Of a stretch of 64,000 bases of DNA, positions 15,869 through 30,984 are shown piece after piece. The stretch covers positions 114,578,001-114,642,000 of the forward strand of contig NC_058368.1 in NCBI RefSeq assembly GCF_018350175.1, written 5' to 3'. The position numbers and the translations under genes were made by a program. The stretch is from Felis catus (lineage: Eukaryota). The notes beneath the pieces were generated by a model that searched no databases, was not told the origin of the DNA, and saw nothing but the letters and a program-made list of their open reading frames with translations. How positions within the stretch are numbered: position 1 is the first letter of the stretch; the number at the start of each line of letters is the position of its first letter.

Positions 15869-16636
15869 GGGGGCACCTGGCTGGCTCAGTTGGATAAGCG
15901 TCTGACTCTGGCTCAGGTCATGATATCATGGTTGGTGAGTTCAAGCGCCACATCGGGCTCTGTGCTGACAGCTCGGAGCCTGGAACCTGCTTCAGATTCT
16001 GTGTCTCCCTCCGTCTCTGCTCCTCCCCCGCTACACTCTGTCTCTCTCTCTGTCTCAAAAATAAATAAACATTAAAAAAATAGATAAATAAAATTTGGAG
16101 GGATGCCTGTGTGGCTCAGCCAGTTAAGCATCTGACTCTTGATGTTGGCTCAGGTCATGATCTCACAAGCCTCACATCAGGCTCTGTGCTCACGGCGTGG
16201 AGCCTCCTTGGGATTCTTTTTTCTCCCTATCTCTGCCCGTATCTATCCCTCTAACATTCTTTCTTTCTCAGAATAAATGAATAAACTTAAAAAAAATTTT
16301 TTTCCTTTTTTTTTTTTTTTTTTTACGTTTATTTATTTTTGAGACAGAGAGAGACAGGGCATGAACGGGAGAGGGTCAGAGAGAGAGAGGGAGACACAGA
16401 ATCTGAAACAGGCTCCAGGCTCTGAGCGGTCAGCACAGAGCCCGACGGGGGGCTTGAACTCACGAACCGCAAGATCATGACCTGAGCCGATGTCGGACGC
16501 TTAACCGACTGAGCCACCCAGGTGCCCCTTTTTTTTTCCCTTTTTAAATATGTCTGCACCCAATGTGGGGATGGAACTCATAAACCCAAGATCAAGAGTC
16601 ACATGCTTTTCTGACTGAGCTAGCCAGGTGCCCCCC
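15869..16636. mobile_element. Cluster of four SINEs: + (15869-16080), + (16099-16295), - (16305-16528), short - (16530-16636)
   Basis: four separate heads and tails recognisable. Confidence 0.88.
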
Positions 16637-16701
16637 TAGGGTGAAAATTCTTAATGCACTCTAATGCCTTTTAAGGCTCATTTAATTTTTGTAGATCCTA
16701 G

Positions 16702-17136
<435 letters not shown>

Positions 17137-17648
17137 TGAGGCTCTAACTATATCCAGCAGACATTATTCCTTCCTTGATCCCTGTCTGGGTTTGGGTCAC
17201 TCTAAATACTTTGAGTTTGCTTTGAACCTATTTGTATTAGTAAGTGATATTATGTGGTTTGTGAGTAGATGAAGTGCTAGTGGGTATGGTGTTTCATACC
17301 TAGAACCCGCTGTTATTCAGACATTGATGATGTTTCCATATCTGTGAGATACTGTACCCTATTTCTACACCAAGGAAAATTCTCCCAAGACATTATACCC
17401 TACATTTCAAGTGAAGAATCCTCTTATTTCAGACTCCCCCACATTGACATTTTTACAGTATCTTTAAGTAACAACATGTGGCATTTATATCATTGACACT
17501 TGTTTAGAAATATTAACAATTCCATCTATTTTGTTTCTCTTACATTTATAGAAACACTAACTTCTTGCATCTTTGAGTTTGATTGCTGGACAAAACAGTT
17601 TGAGGAGCAGTCAGTGGATCTGTAGTCTTTTACTGTTATTCAGGATGA

Positions 17649-17897
<249 letters not shown>

Positions 17898-18054
17898 TGA
17901 AGCAAGAATGGGTTTGTGCCCCCATTTTAGCTGCTTAGCTTCACTCATTTTTGTTGCATTATGAGGCCTTATGGTTGCCAGTATTCCAGCCTAACTGGGA
18001 AGGCTAAAACAATCCAAGGAGAGTTATTCTTCATCTTCCCTTGTGTGTGTTTTT

Positions 18055-18920
18055 TTTTTTTTTAACAGCATCTTTATTGAGATATAATTCACATGCCATA
18101 AAATTCACCCTTTTAAATTGTACAATTCAAAAGTTTCTAGTATATTCTCAAGGTTGTGCAACCATTTCCACTATCAAATTTCACTTTTGTCATTCCAAAA
18201 AAAAATGTAACCTGTAGCACTAACTCCCTATTTTTCTCCCTCTCCTCAACCCTTGGTAACCATTAATCTTCTTACTGTCTCACCTCTCCCTGTTCTGTAC
18301 ATGTCATATAAATGGAATCATATGATATTTGGCCTCCTGTGACTTGACTTCTTTCTCTTTAGCATACTGTTTTAAAGCTTCATCCATGTGATAGCACGTA
18401 TCATTAACTGATTCTTTTGTGTTGCCAAATAATATTCCATTGTATGGGTATATTATATTTTGTCTATCCATTCATTAGTCAGTGGACATGTAGGTTGTGT
18501 CTGTTTTGAGCTATTATGAAAAGTCCACTATGAACATTTGTGTTCATAGGTTTCATAGTTGTGTGAACATAGGTTTTCATTTCTTTTGAGTATATACCTA
18601 ATGGATTTTATGTGTTATATGGCAGTCCTATGTTTTTAATTCTTTCAGAAACTGCCTAGTTGTATTCCATAGTAGCTACATCATTTTATAATCCCACTAG
18701 CAATGCACAAGGCTTCCAGTTTTTCCACGTCTTTGCCAATGCTTATTATTGTCTGCCTTTTAGGTTATAGCCATCACAGTGGCTATGAAGTAGTCCCTGT
18801 TTCATTGTGTGATTCTCATTTGCATTTCCCTGATGACTAATGGTGTTGACCGTCTTTTCATGTGCTTGTTGGCTGTATTCATCTTTGGAAAAAGGCTATT
18901 CAAATCCTGTGCTTCCTTTT
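18055..18920 (-). mobile_element. L1 (L1MA/MB-like) 3' fragment, antisense
   Basis: reverse complement of L1 3' end (tttattgagatataattcacat...tacaattc) and ORF2 C-terminal sequence (tttgcatttccctgatgactaa). Confidence 0.8.
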
Positions 18921-20059
18921 TTCCTTGCTTTATCTTACTACTTGGCCCTTAACCTCATTCTTCCCTCTTCAGAGATATTGTGCAACCATTGGAACATGGT
19001 GGTTTAGAGGTATGCAACTGGGATTTGAATCCTACTTCCACATCTTTTACACCACCTGTGGTATCTTAGGCTATTTTCTTAATCCCTCAGAGCTTCAGTT
19101 TCCTTATCTATAAAACAAAGATAATATGAGTATTTCTCTCACAGCATTGTTGTGAGGATTAAATGAGATCATGTACTTGAAATGGTTAGCACAGGGCCTG
19201 CAATCTACTAAGTACTATGTGTTATGTAGCTATTAGATCTTCCACTTCTGCCCACGAAAGATTAACTTCTACAGAAATTGCCCTCCTGCCATAAACAATA
19301 AGAAAACCAGACTAAATATATGAAATCATGGATTTAAACATTGGACAGCAGGCAGCATGAGTCTGTCTCTTAAGAGAAGAGAAGAAACAAGGCACATCCT
19401 ACAATTGCTCCCGTTTACTGCCCGCAGGCAGTTTCCAGGCTGTAGTAGAGGGAAAAGCAACTACAACAGTTTGACAGTCTCACTGAACTGAAAAAGAGAT
19501 AAGAGTCTAAGAAGAGTGAGGCAGAGTGCTGAAGACGTTAGAACTGCAGAGAGATCACCTCAGTTTTTGGCTCTGTAGTGATCTGCACACACATGAGGTG
19601 AAACTCCTTAAGGCCCAAAAAGGAACTTTCAGAAAGCAATTGATTGAATAATTTCCAGAACTTACCATTTGTATTGCCACGAGCCAGACTGGAAAGACTG
19701 GATAAGAGTGCACAAGGGTCACGTTTTAGCAGTGGGACTAATGTAGTCCCAGAATAATGGCTGCTGTGGAGATGCCATAACAAAGTGTAAAGCAAGCCTT
19801 GGAGGGATCAAACTGATCTGCAGGTTACTTAACTATGCACCAGACTAAAATCAAACATTCTTTAAAGGATTACAACAAAATCCAGTACTCTGAAACATTA
19901 AAGTCACAAAGCTCTGCATTCAATCAGGAAAAATCAGGGTATGAGTAATAATCAGCTAAATGGCTGGCTCATTTGGTAGAGCCAAGGTCTTGAGTTTGAG
20001 CCCCACAACGAGGATAGAGTTTACTTAAAAAAAAAAAAAAAAAAGCATAATCAGGTGTG

Positions 20060-21716
20060 AGTCTCTTAAGTAAATGGTGCTGAGAACCCTAGACAGCTAC
20101 ATGCAAAGGAATGAAACTGGACTACCCTCTTACCCCATACACAAAAATAAACTCAAAATGGATTAAAGAATTAAATGTGAGACCCAAAACCATAAAACAC
20201 CTGTAAGAAAACACAGGCAGTAATCTCTTGGGCACTGGCCATAGCAACATTTTTCTGGATATGTCTCCTCAGGCAAGGAAAACAAAAGAAAAATAAATGA
20301 AAGCTTTTGCACAGCGAAGGAAACCACCAACAAAACAAAAAGGCAACCTTCTGAATGGGAAAAGATATTTGATATTTGCAAATGATATATCCAATAAAGA
20401 GTTAATATCCAAACTAGAATACTTACACAACTCAACACCAAAAAAAAAAAAAAAAACAAAACAAAAAACTAAAACTGCCCGATTAAAAAGTGGGCAGAGG
20501 ACCTGCATAGACATTTTTTCAAAGAAGACCTACAGATGGCCAAAAGATACATGAAGACACGCTGCACATCACTCTCATCAGGTAAATGCACATAAAAACT
20601 ACAATGAGATACCACCTCACACCTGTCAGAATGGCTAGTATCAAAAAGACAGGAAATGACAAGTGTTGGGGAGGGTGTGGAAATAAAAGGAACGGTTGTG
20701 CATTGTTGGTGGCAATGAAAATCTGTGTAGCCACTGTGGAAACAGTGTGGAAGTCTCTCAAAAAATAAAATACAGAAATGCAATCCAGTAATTCCACTAC
20801 TGGGTAATTACTCAAAGAAGATGGAAACACTAATTCAAAAAGATATATGCACCCCTATGTTTACTGCACTGTTATTTACAACAGGCAAGATATAGAAGTA
20901 GCCTAAGTGTGTATATACATGTATACACCTACATATACATTATGGAATATTACTTGGCCATAAAAAACTATGACATCTTGCCGCTTGCAGCAACAGAGAT
21001 GGACATACAGGGTATTACACTAAGTGAAATAAAGATACCATATTTTTCACTTACATGTGGAATCTAAAAAACAAAACGGGGGTGCCTCTCTGGCTCAGTC
21101 ACTAGAGCACGCATGTCTTGATCCTGGGAACATGAGTTCACGCTCCACGTTGGGCATAGAAACCACTTTAAAAAAATAGGGGTGCCTGGGTGGCTCAGTC
21201 GGTTAAGCATCCAGCTTTTGCTCAGGTCATGATCTCATGGTTTGTGAGTTCAAGCCCCACATTGGGCTCTCTGCTGTCAGTGCAGAGCCCGCTTCACTTC
21301 CTCTGTCTCCCTCTCTCTCTGCTCCTCCCCTATTCTTGCTTTCTCTCTCAAAAATGAAACTTTAAAAAAAATAAAAATTAATTAAAAAAAAACAAGACAA
21401 ACTCATAAATGCAGAAAACAAACTAGTGATTGCCAGAAGGGAGGCAATGGGGGTGGGGCGAGTGAAATACGTATCAGGGATTAAGCAGTACAAACTTCCA
21501 ATGATAAATAAGTCAAAAGGATGGAAAGTATGGCACAGAGAATATAGTCAATAATATTGTAATGACATTGTATGGTGATATATGGCAACTACATTTATTA
21601 TAGTGAGCATTTCATAATGTATAGAATTGTCAAATCACTGTGTTGTACACCGGAACTACTTTAGTATGTTAACTGTACATGTCAACTATACTTTAGTGAT
21701 AAAGTTTTGTTAAATA
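20060..21716 (+). mobile_element. 5'-truncated L1 (ORF2 C-terminus plus 3' UTR), with two SINEs inserted at ~21078-21390
   Basis: translates to [29 protein letters not shown] and MRYHLTPVRMASIKK, typical L1 ORF2; degenerate TSD at 20042-20059 and 21717-21734. Confidence 0.88.
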
Positions 21717-22078
21717 AAAGAATAATCAAGTATGCAAAAAAGAATGTGACCAATAATCTGGGGGAAAGAAACATTCAATAGAAACACATCCAGAAATCAC
21801 AGTGATGATAGAATTACTGTAAAAAGGCCTTAAAGCAGCAATTATAAATCATATGAATATATTTAAAGACATAAAGGGAAGAGCGCCTGGGTAGCTCAGT
21901 CAATTGAGCATCCGACTCTTGATTTCAGCTGGTTGAACATCCGACTCGATTTTGGCTCAATTCATCATCTCACGGTAGTGAGATCAAACCCCATGTTGGG
22001 CTCTACACTGGGCATGGATTTTCCCCCTCCCTCTGCCCCTTCCTCACTCAAGCACATGCTCACTCACTCTCCCTCTCC

Positions 22079-22128
<50 letters not shown>

Positions 22129-23368
22129 AAATAAAAATAAATACATAAAGGGAAATATGAGAGAAATAGAAAATACATAAAAGACCCAAATAAATGGTCT
22201 AGAGATTAAAAAATCCCCCAAAAATTATACTAGGTGGGATTAATGGCAAATTAGATACTGGACAAGAAGCTGAATTTAAAGATGTAACAATAGAAACTAT
22301 CCAAAACTAAGCACAAAGAGAAGAAAGACTTAAATTTATAAGTTAAAGAGTGCCTTGTTTATGTATAGGAAATATCAGGCAGCCTGCCAGAACTTTAACT
22401 AGAGTTTCAGAAAGAGAAATGGTCAGAGAGCAGATACAAAAAATACCTGAAAAATTCCAAAAATTTTCCAAATTTGATGAAAAAGCTATAAAACCACAAA
22501 TCAACAATAAATCTCAAATAGAAGAAGCATGGGCACATGGGTGGCTCAGTTGGTTAAACATCCAACTTTGGCCCAGGTCATGATCTCATAGTTTGTGTGT
22601 TTGAGCCTCTTGTCAGGCTCTGCTGACAGCTCAGAGCCTGGAGCCTGCTTCCGATTCTGTGTCTCCCTCTTTCTGTGTCCCTCCCCTGCTTGCACTCTGT
22701 CTCTCTTTCTCAAAAATAAACATTTTTTAAATTAAAAGAAAACCACACCAAAGCACATCATTACCCACCTTACTGAAAAGCAATAAGGAGAAAATCTGAA
22801 AATCACAAGAGGGAAAAAAAGTACTTTATATATACAAACTAACAAAGATGACAGCCAAGTTGTCAGAAACGCTCTTCCACTGAAGACAACGGAACAGCAT
22901 CTTAAAGTGCTGAAAACCAATTATTAACGTAAAATTCATACCTAGTGAGAATATCTTCAAAAACGAGAGTGAAATAGTCTTTCAGACAAAGAAAAGCTGG
23001 TAGAATTCATCACCAGCAGATTCACAGTGCAAACAAAGGTAGTTATTCAAGGGGAAAAAAAGATACAGTAAGGAAATTTGGATTTACACAAAGGAATGAA
23101 GAACATCTATGGGTAAATATGTGACTACATATAAAAGACTTTTTCTTATTTTTAAACTTTTTAAAAGATAATTGTTTAAAGCAAAAGTAACAAAGTAATT
23201 TGGGACTTATAATGTGTAAAATTAGGGGTGCCTGGGTGGCTCAGTTGGTTAAACGTCCAACTTCGGCTCAGGTCATGATCTCATGATTTGTGGGTTCAAG
23301 CCCCGCATTGGGCTCTTTGCTGATAGCTCAGAGCCTGGAGCCTGCTTTGGATTCTGTCTGTCTGTCTT

Positions 23369-23401
<33 letters not shown>

Positions 23402-23527
23402 GCCTCTCCCCTGCTTGCACTCTGTCTCCCTCAAAAATAAACATTAAAAAATTTTTAAAAATGTGTAAAATTAAAATATGTAATAGCACAAAGGAAAGGA
23501 AGGGGAAATGGAAGAATATAAGAATCT

Positions 23528-23742
23528 TGGGGCACCTGGGTGGCGCAGTCAGTTGAGCATCCGACCTCAGCCAGATCACGATCTCGCGGTCCGCGAGTTC
23601 AAGCCCCGCGTCAGGCTCTGGGCTGATGGCTCAGAGCCTGGAGCCTGTTTCAGATTCTGTGTCTCCCTCTCTCTCTGCCCCACCCCCGTTCATGCTCTGT
23701 CTCTCTCTGTCCCAAAAATAATAAACGTTGAAAAAAAAAAAA
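23528..23742 (+). mobile_element. Young felid-type Can-SINE
   Basis: GGCGCAGTC / CACGATCTCGCGG / CTGGGCTGATGG variant with CpGs retained; AATCTT flanks. Confidence 0.9.
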
Positions 23743-25296
23743 ATCTTACACAGTGTGTAAAGAATGGTATACTATTTGAAGACAGACTGTGGTAAGCTAG
23801 AGATACTACAAACCCAAGAACAAACAGTAGCAAATAAAGAGGTGTATATAGCCAGTCAGCCAAAAGTGGAGACAAAGGCAAATCATACAAAAGCAGTTAA
23901 TTCAAAAGAAGAAGGAAAATGAAACAGTATATACAATACAGATCTGTAGTGTATCTTACATTCAGTTTTCTTGGGGTGGGTAGTATAATTACCAAAAAAA
24001 AAAAAAAAATGTCTATAAAGGTCTTGGGAGGGAAGTGATAAAGAAATAAGGGTCGAAAAACACTGAACCTAGGTATAGATGGGAACATCTTACATAATGC
24101 AAAAGACTGAATATTTCTCCTTAAGATCAGGAGCAAACAAAAATACCTGTTTTCACAGCTTCTATTCAGCACTGAGCTGGAGTTACTAGTCAGCATGAGA
24201 AATAAAAGACAAAAGCATAATGCCATCCCTCCTGCAAAAAGCATATACTGGAATGAAGTAAAAAAAAAATTTAAAATTTATTTATTTTTGAGAGAGAGAC
24301 AGCAAGTCAGGGAGAGAAGGACGGGACAGAAGATTCGAAGCAGGCTCTACACTGACAGGAGCAAGCCTGATGCAGGGCTCGAACTCATGAGCCGTGAGAT
24401 CATGACCTGAGCCAAAGTCAGCCATTTAACCAACTGAGCCACCCAGGTGCCCCAAGTAAAATATGTTTTATTCTCAGGTGACATGATCATCTATATAGAA
24501 AACCCCAAGGAGGGCTTCCTGCCTGGCTTGGTCGGAAGAGCATATGGCTCTTGATCTGGGGCCATGGGTTTGTGCCCCACGTTGGGTGGGGCGCCTGGGT
24601 GGCTTAGTCAGTTAACTCTCTGAATCTTGGTTTCAGCTCGGTTCATGGAATTGAGCTCAAAGAGCTGCGCTGAGCTCTTTGCTGAGAGCATGGAGTCTGC
24701 TTGGGATTCTCTCTGCCTCTCCCCTGCTTGCACTCCCTCTCCCTCTCTCTCTCAAATAAACTTAAAAAAAAAAAAAACTTAATAAAGAAAACCCCAAGTA
24801 ATCTACAAAAAAAGCTACAAGAACTAATAAGTGAGTTTAAGCAAGATTACTGGACAAACAACAAAAATCAATTGTATTTCTATATGCTGTCAATGAGCAA
24901 CTAGAAATTGAATTTTTAAATTAATATCATTTATAGTAACATCAAAAAACCATGAAGTGCTTAAGGATAAATTCAATTAATAGGTAAGAAACACATGGGG
25001 TGCCTTGGTGGCTCAGTTAATTGAGCATCTGTCTCTTGATTTCGGCTCAGGTCATGATCCCAGGGTTGTGGGATGGAACCCAATGTTAGGCTCCGTGTTC
25101 AGCGTAGAGCCTGCCTGAAATTCTCTTTCTGTCCCCCACTCACACTGTCTCTCTCAAAAAATAAATTTAAGGGTGCCTAGGTGGCTCAGTTGGTTGAGGG
25201 TCTGACTTCAGTTTGGGTCATGATTTCATGGTTCATGAGTTCAAGCACCACGTTGGGCTCTCTGCTGTCACCACAGAACCTGTTTTGGATCTTCTG

Positions 25297-25347
<51 letters not shown>

Positions 25348-26252
25348 GCCCCTCCTTTGCTTGCATGTTCTCTCTCAAAAATAAACTTAAAAAAAAAAAG
25401 ACTAGAATAACAAAAACAATTTTGAGAAAGAAGGCATTTGGAGGATTTATACTATTTCATTTTAAGACTATACAGCTACAGGAATTTAAGGCACTGTGGT
25501 AATACAACAGCAGAGATGTACACATATATATAGTCAGCTGATTAGGTAATGAAGGTGCCAAGATAATTCAGTTGGGAAGAGATAGTTCAACAACTGGTAC
25601 TGGGATAATTATGTATCTGTACTAAATAAAGTGAGCTTTGTTTATTTTTTAGTGTTTATTTTTGAGACAGATAGAGAATGAGTGGGGGAGGGGCACAGAG
25701 AGAGGGAGACACAGAATCTGAAGCAGGCTCTAGACTCTGAGCTGTCAGCACAGAGCCTGACGTGGGGCTCAAACTCATGAACCATGAGATCATGACCTGA
25801 GCCGAAGTCGGATGGACACATAACTGACTGAGCCACCCAGGCGCCCCAAATGAGCTTTATTTTTACCCACACGATGTATCAAAAGTAAATTGTAGGCCTA
25901 ACCATAAAAATTTAAAACTACAAAATTTCTAGAAAAAAAAAATTTTTTTGTGTCCTTGGGTTGGATAACTACTTATATGGACACAAAAAGCAAAAGAAAA
26001 ATTGTTACCAAATTTGAAATATTTTGCTCCTCAAACAACACTTTGAGTAAATGAAAAGACAAGCCACAGATTGGGAGAAAAGATTTGCTGATTGCCTATT
26101 TGTTAAAGGACTTGAATCCACCATAAAGAGCTCTCACAACTCAATAAGAAGACAACAACCTGATTTTTAAGTGAGCAAAAGATTTGAACAGATACTTTAT
26201 CAAAGAAGATAGATCAATGGAAAATAAATGCATTAAAAAAATTACCACTACT

Positions 26253-26474
26253 GGGGCGCCTGGGTGGCGCGGTCGGTTAAGCGTCCGACTTCAGCCAGGT
26301 CACGATCTCGCGGTCCATGAGTTCGAGCCCCGCGTCAGGCTCTGGGCTGATGGCTCGGAGCCTGGAGCCTGTTTCCGATTCTGTGTCTCCCTCTCTCTCT
26401 GCCCCTCCCCCGTTCATGCTCTGTCTCTCTCTGTCCCAAAAATAAAATAAAAACGCTGGGAAAAAAAAAAAAAA
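26253..26474 (+). mobile_element. Young felid-type Can-SINE
   Basis: same variant; TSD AAAAAATTAC(C/A)ACTACT. Confidence 0.9.
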
Positions 26475-26751
26475 TTACAACTACTCATTTGGAAAAGGAA
26501 AAAATAAAACCGTAACAAGAAACCCCTCTACCCACTTAGAAGGCTAGAATTTTAGAAACTGACAGTACCTGGTGTTTCCAAGAATGTGGAGGAACTAGAA
26601 CTCTTAACAGTTGCTGGTAGGAATGGAAATCGGTACCATCCTTTTGGAAAACGGTATGACCATGTCTTATAAGTTTAAACATAAATTTTCCATATGACCC
26701 AGCATCCCACTTCTACATGTTTATGAGAGAAATGAAAATGTGTCCACACAT

Positions 26752-26903
26752 GGGGCACCTGGGTGGCTCAGTTGAGCGTCCGACTGCAGCTCAGGTCATG
26801 ATCTCACAGCTTGTGAGTTTGAGCCCAGAGTTGGGCTCTGTTGCTGACAGCCCAGAGCCTGGAACCTGCTTTGGATTCTGTGTCTCCCTCCCTCCTTCCC
26901 TCC

Positions 26904-26949
<46 letters not shown>

Positions 26950-27265
26950 TCCTCCCTCTCTCCCTTCCTCCCTCCCCTCCCCACGCTCGTGCTTTCTCTC
27001 TCTCTTTCTCTCTGTCTATCCATCTCGTAAGTAAACATCAGGGGCACCTGAGTGGCTCTCTTGGTTAGGCGTCTGACTTCGGCTCATGTCACAGTCTCAC
27101 AGTTCGTGGGTTTGAGCCCTGCGTCAGGCTCTTTGCTGACGGCTCTGAGCCTGGAGCCTTCTTTGGATTCTGTGTCCCCATCTCTCTCTGCCCCTTCCCA
27201 CTTGTGCTCTGTGTCTCTCTCAAAAATAAATAAACACATAAAATAAATAAACATTTTAAAAAATG
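26752..27265 (+). mobile_element. Two tandem Can-SINEs
   Basis: heads at 26752 and 27041, (CT)n tracts. Confidence 0.88.
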
Positions 27266-27892
27266 AGAAAAGAAAATATGTCCACACAAAAGATTGTACT
27301 TGGATGTTAATAGTAGTTTTATTCATAATAGCCCCAAATTGGAAATAATCCAGCTGTTCACCAGCTGGTAAATGGGTAATAAAAATGTATATCCATACCA
27401 CAGTATAGTATTCAGCCATGAAAGGAAATGAATTGCCAATACATGAACAATATGGATGAATCTCCAATCATGCTAAATGAAATAAATCCAACACAAATGA
27501 CTATATACTGTATGCTTCCAGTTATATGAAATTCTAGAAAAAGCAAAAATGTTAGTATTAGGAAGTTGACCACTGGTGACCAGGGGTTAAGAAAAGGCTA
27601 TTGACTTTAAGCAAAGGGCTCGAAGGAACTTTAGGAAGGAAGATGGAAATGTTCTATATTATGATTGTGGTAGTGCTTATGCAGCTGTATACATTCATGA
27701 AAATTCTTGGGAGTGCACACTAAATTGTTGGATTTTTTTGTATGTAGATACAATAAATAACAGTAAATCAGTGAAGTAGATTTTTTTGAGTTAGATACTA
27801 TCTTCTTTGGCTGAAGAGAAAATTGGCCTTTAGGATCTGAAACTCTGACTCACTAAGAGGGATACATCTTATGACCCTAGTAATATAAATAA

Positions 27893-28240
<348 letters not shown>

Positions 28241-28269
28241 AAAGGAGTTCTTTTTTAAATTTGATGAAA

Positions 28270-30681
28270 GAGTGGCTCCTGGCTGACTCAGTCAGAGGAG
28301 CATGTGGCTGTCGATCTTGGGGTCATGAGTTCGAGCCTCACATTGGGTATTGAGATTACTTGAACAAAAAAACTTAAAAAATAAATAAGTAAATAAATAG
28401 GGGCACCTGGTTGGCTCACTCAGTTAAGTGTCTCACTCTTGGTTTAAGCTCAGGTCCTGATTTCTGGGGTTCGTGGGATCAAGCTGCGCATCCGGCTTTG
28501 CTCTGACAGCAGGAAGCTTGCTTGAGATTTTCTCTCTCCTTCTCTCTCTGTCCCTCTCCCACTTGCACACTCTATCTCAGAATAAATAAACCTTAAAAAT
28601 ATTTTTACGCAAAGAAAAAATAAAAATACATAAATTTGGTGGAAAAAAGGTTTTTTATTTAGTTGAGGTTTAATTCATACATCATAAGATCTGGTAAAAT
28701 GGTTTTATCTCAGCCTGATTTTTGTTAAGCTTCCCCAGATTTTTCTGAGTATTTGAATCTTCAGATATGTGTTAGATTCTATGCAGCCATTGCACACACT
28801 ATGCCTCACCTTTCAGGTTAGAGAAGTTGGTTACTTTTCTACATAACATTTTACATTCCTGTGGTTGGCAGGACCAGAATAGAAAAAAGTCCCACATGCT
28901 TCCAGAAAGACCTTTGCTTTTAGGCTTGTAAAAATCCAGCTGAAGGTAAGCAAACCTTTTGAATCCATGAAGGCAGCCTATGAATGGTCATGTTTATGTC
29001 ACTATTGAAATCATTATTTCAATGATTCCTCCAAAAAGTGTGTTTTCACCTTCCATCCTTACAATAACACACATTGAAGATGATCAATCTACTGCCTATA
29101 TTCTCCTCCAATGTGACAGAGGGCACTCGTTGAATCCTTTATACCCCAGCGCTTCCAAGCAGAGGGGCTCCCTCAGGGCATTGGTAGGATGCTTGCTCCC
29201 TATTGATCTAAGCATTGGTTAAATGTTCACGTTAAGTTTACATTGGTCTGCTTTTTCCCCACTTTTCCTTTTTTTTTTTTTTTTTTTTTAGATATAAGTT
29301 AAAGTATATAAATCTCACGTGTACAATTTAAAATGTTTACATGGTCGGGAAGCCTGGGTGGCTCAGTGGGTTGAGGGTCTGACTTCAGCTCAGGTCATGA
29401 TCTCATGGTTCGTGAGTTCGGGCCCTGCATCGAGCTCTGTGCGGACAGCTCAGAGCCTGGAGCTTGCTTTGGATTCTGTGTTTCCCTCTCTCTCTACCCC
29501 TCCCCCACTCACACTCTGTCTCTTTCTGTCAAAAATAAAGAAAACTAATAAAAAAAAATTAAAATGGGGGCGCCTGTGTGGCTCAGTCGGTTAAGCGTCC
29601 GACTTCAGCTCAGGTCATGATCTCGCGGTCCGTGAGTTCGAGCCCCGCGTCAGGCTCTGAGCTGACAGCTCAGAGCCTGGAGCCTCCTTCGGATTCTGTG
29701 TCTCCCTCTCTCTCTGACCCTCCCCTGTTCATGCTCTGTCTCTCTCTGTCTCAAAAATAAATAAACATTAAAAAAAAAAGAATTAAAATGTTTTACATGC
29801 TCTTGAACGGAAGGGAACCTACCCCCTAGAGTTTCTCCTGCAAGACACCTTAATATTTACTGTAACAGGGAGATAGTGTAACTTGTTAAGAGTACACAGA
29901 ACTTTAGGCTAGTTATACTTGGGTTAAAGTATTAGTACTTCCATTTACCAACTATATGTATTTGAGAAATGATGTTCTATGAGTATCAGTTTCATCATCA
30001 AAAATTGAGAGTATGGGGTGCTTGGCTGGTTCATTTGGTGGAGTATAAGACTCTTGATCTTGGGGTTGTGCGTTCAAGTCCCACATTGGGTGTAGAAATT
30101 ATTTAAAAACTAAAATCCTTAGGGGCACATATCTAGCTCAGTTGGTAGCATATGGCACTCCTTATTTTTATTTTTTTAATGTTTATTAATTTTTGAGAGA
30201 TGGAGACAGAGCATGAGCGGGGAAGGGACAGAGAGAGAGGGAGACATAGAATCTAAAGCAGGCTCCAGGCTCTGAGCTGTCAGCACAGAGCCCAACGCAG
30301 GCTCGAACTCACAAATGGTGAGATCATGACTTGAACTGAAGTCTGATGCTGATTGACAGAGCCACCCTGGTGCCCCGCACATGGGCCTCTTAATCTCAGG
30401 TTTGTGAGTTCAAGCCCCATGTTGGGTGTGGAGCCTGCTTAAAAAATGAACTTAAGAAAATAGTCTTTTTTTTTTTTTTTTTTTTTTTGTTAAGTTTGTT
30501 TATTTCAAGAGAAAATGGGAGAGGGGCAGAGAGAGAGAGAGAGAGAGAGAAAGAATCCCAAGCAGGCTCCACAGTCAGCACCAGAGCCAGACTCAGGGCT
30601 CCATCCCATAAACTGTGAGATCACAACCTGAGCCATAAATCAAGAGTCAGACGCTTAACCGACTGAGTCACATAGGTGCCC
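28270..30681. mobile_element. SINE-rich KDM3B intron 12: + copies near 28270, 28400, 29348, 29567, 30016, 30122 and - copies near 30161-30377 and 30465-30681, plus MIR pieces
   Basis: multiple heads and tails; the short SINE starting at 30122 is split by the - copy and resumes near 30378. Confidence 0.82.
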
Positions 30682-30780
30682 TAATAAATAATATCTTTAA
30701 AAAAATGTTGAGGGTAATAGCTGCCACCTCATTGAAATGTGGGTAAGGATTGAGGAAGATAATGTAAATGAGATCGTTAG

Positions 30781-30984
<204 letters not shown>

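Larger units (their letters stand above)
19240..27780 (+). mobile_element. Old, degraded L1 filling most of KDM3B intron 11, interrupted by a younger L1 and more than a dozen SINEs
   Basis: ordered fragments resembling L1 5' region, ORF1, ORF2 (tgacatgatcatctatatagaaaaccccaag, the DDMI motif region, ~24480) and 3' end (~27270-27760); boundaries approximate. Confidence 0.65.

Noticed and set aside
20163..20830. ORFs resembling a protein C-terminus (MRYHLTPVRMA...)
   Set aside because: Frameshifted L1 ORF2 remnant, 5'-truncated and non-functional.
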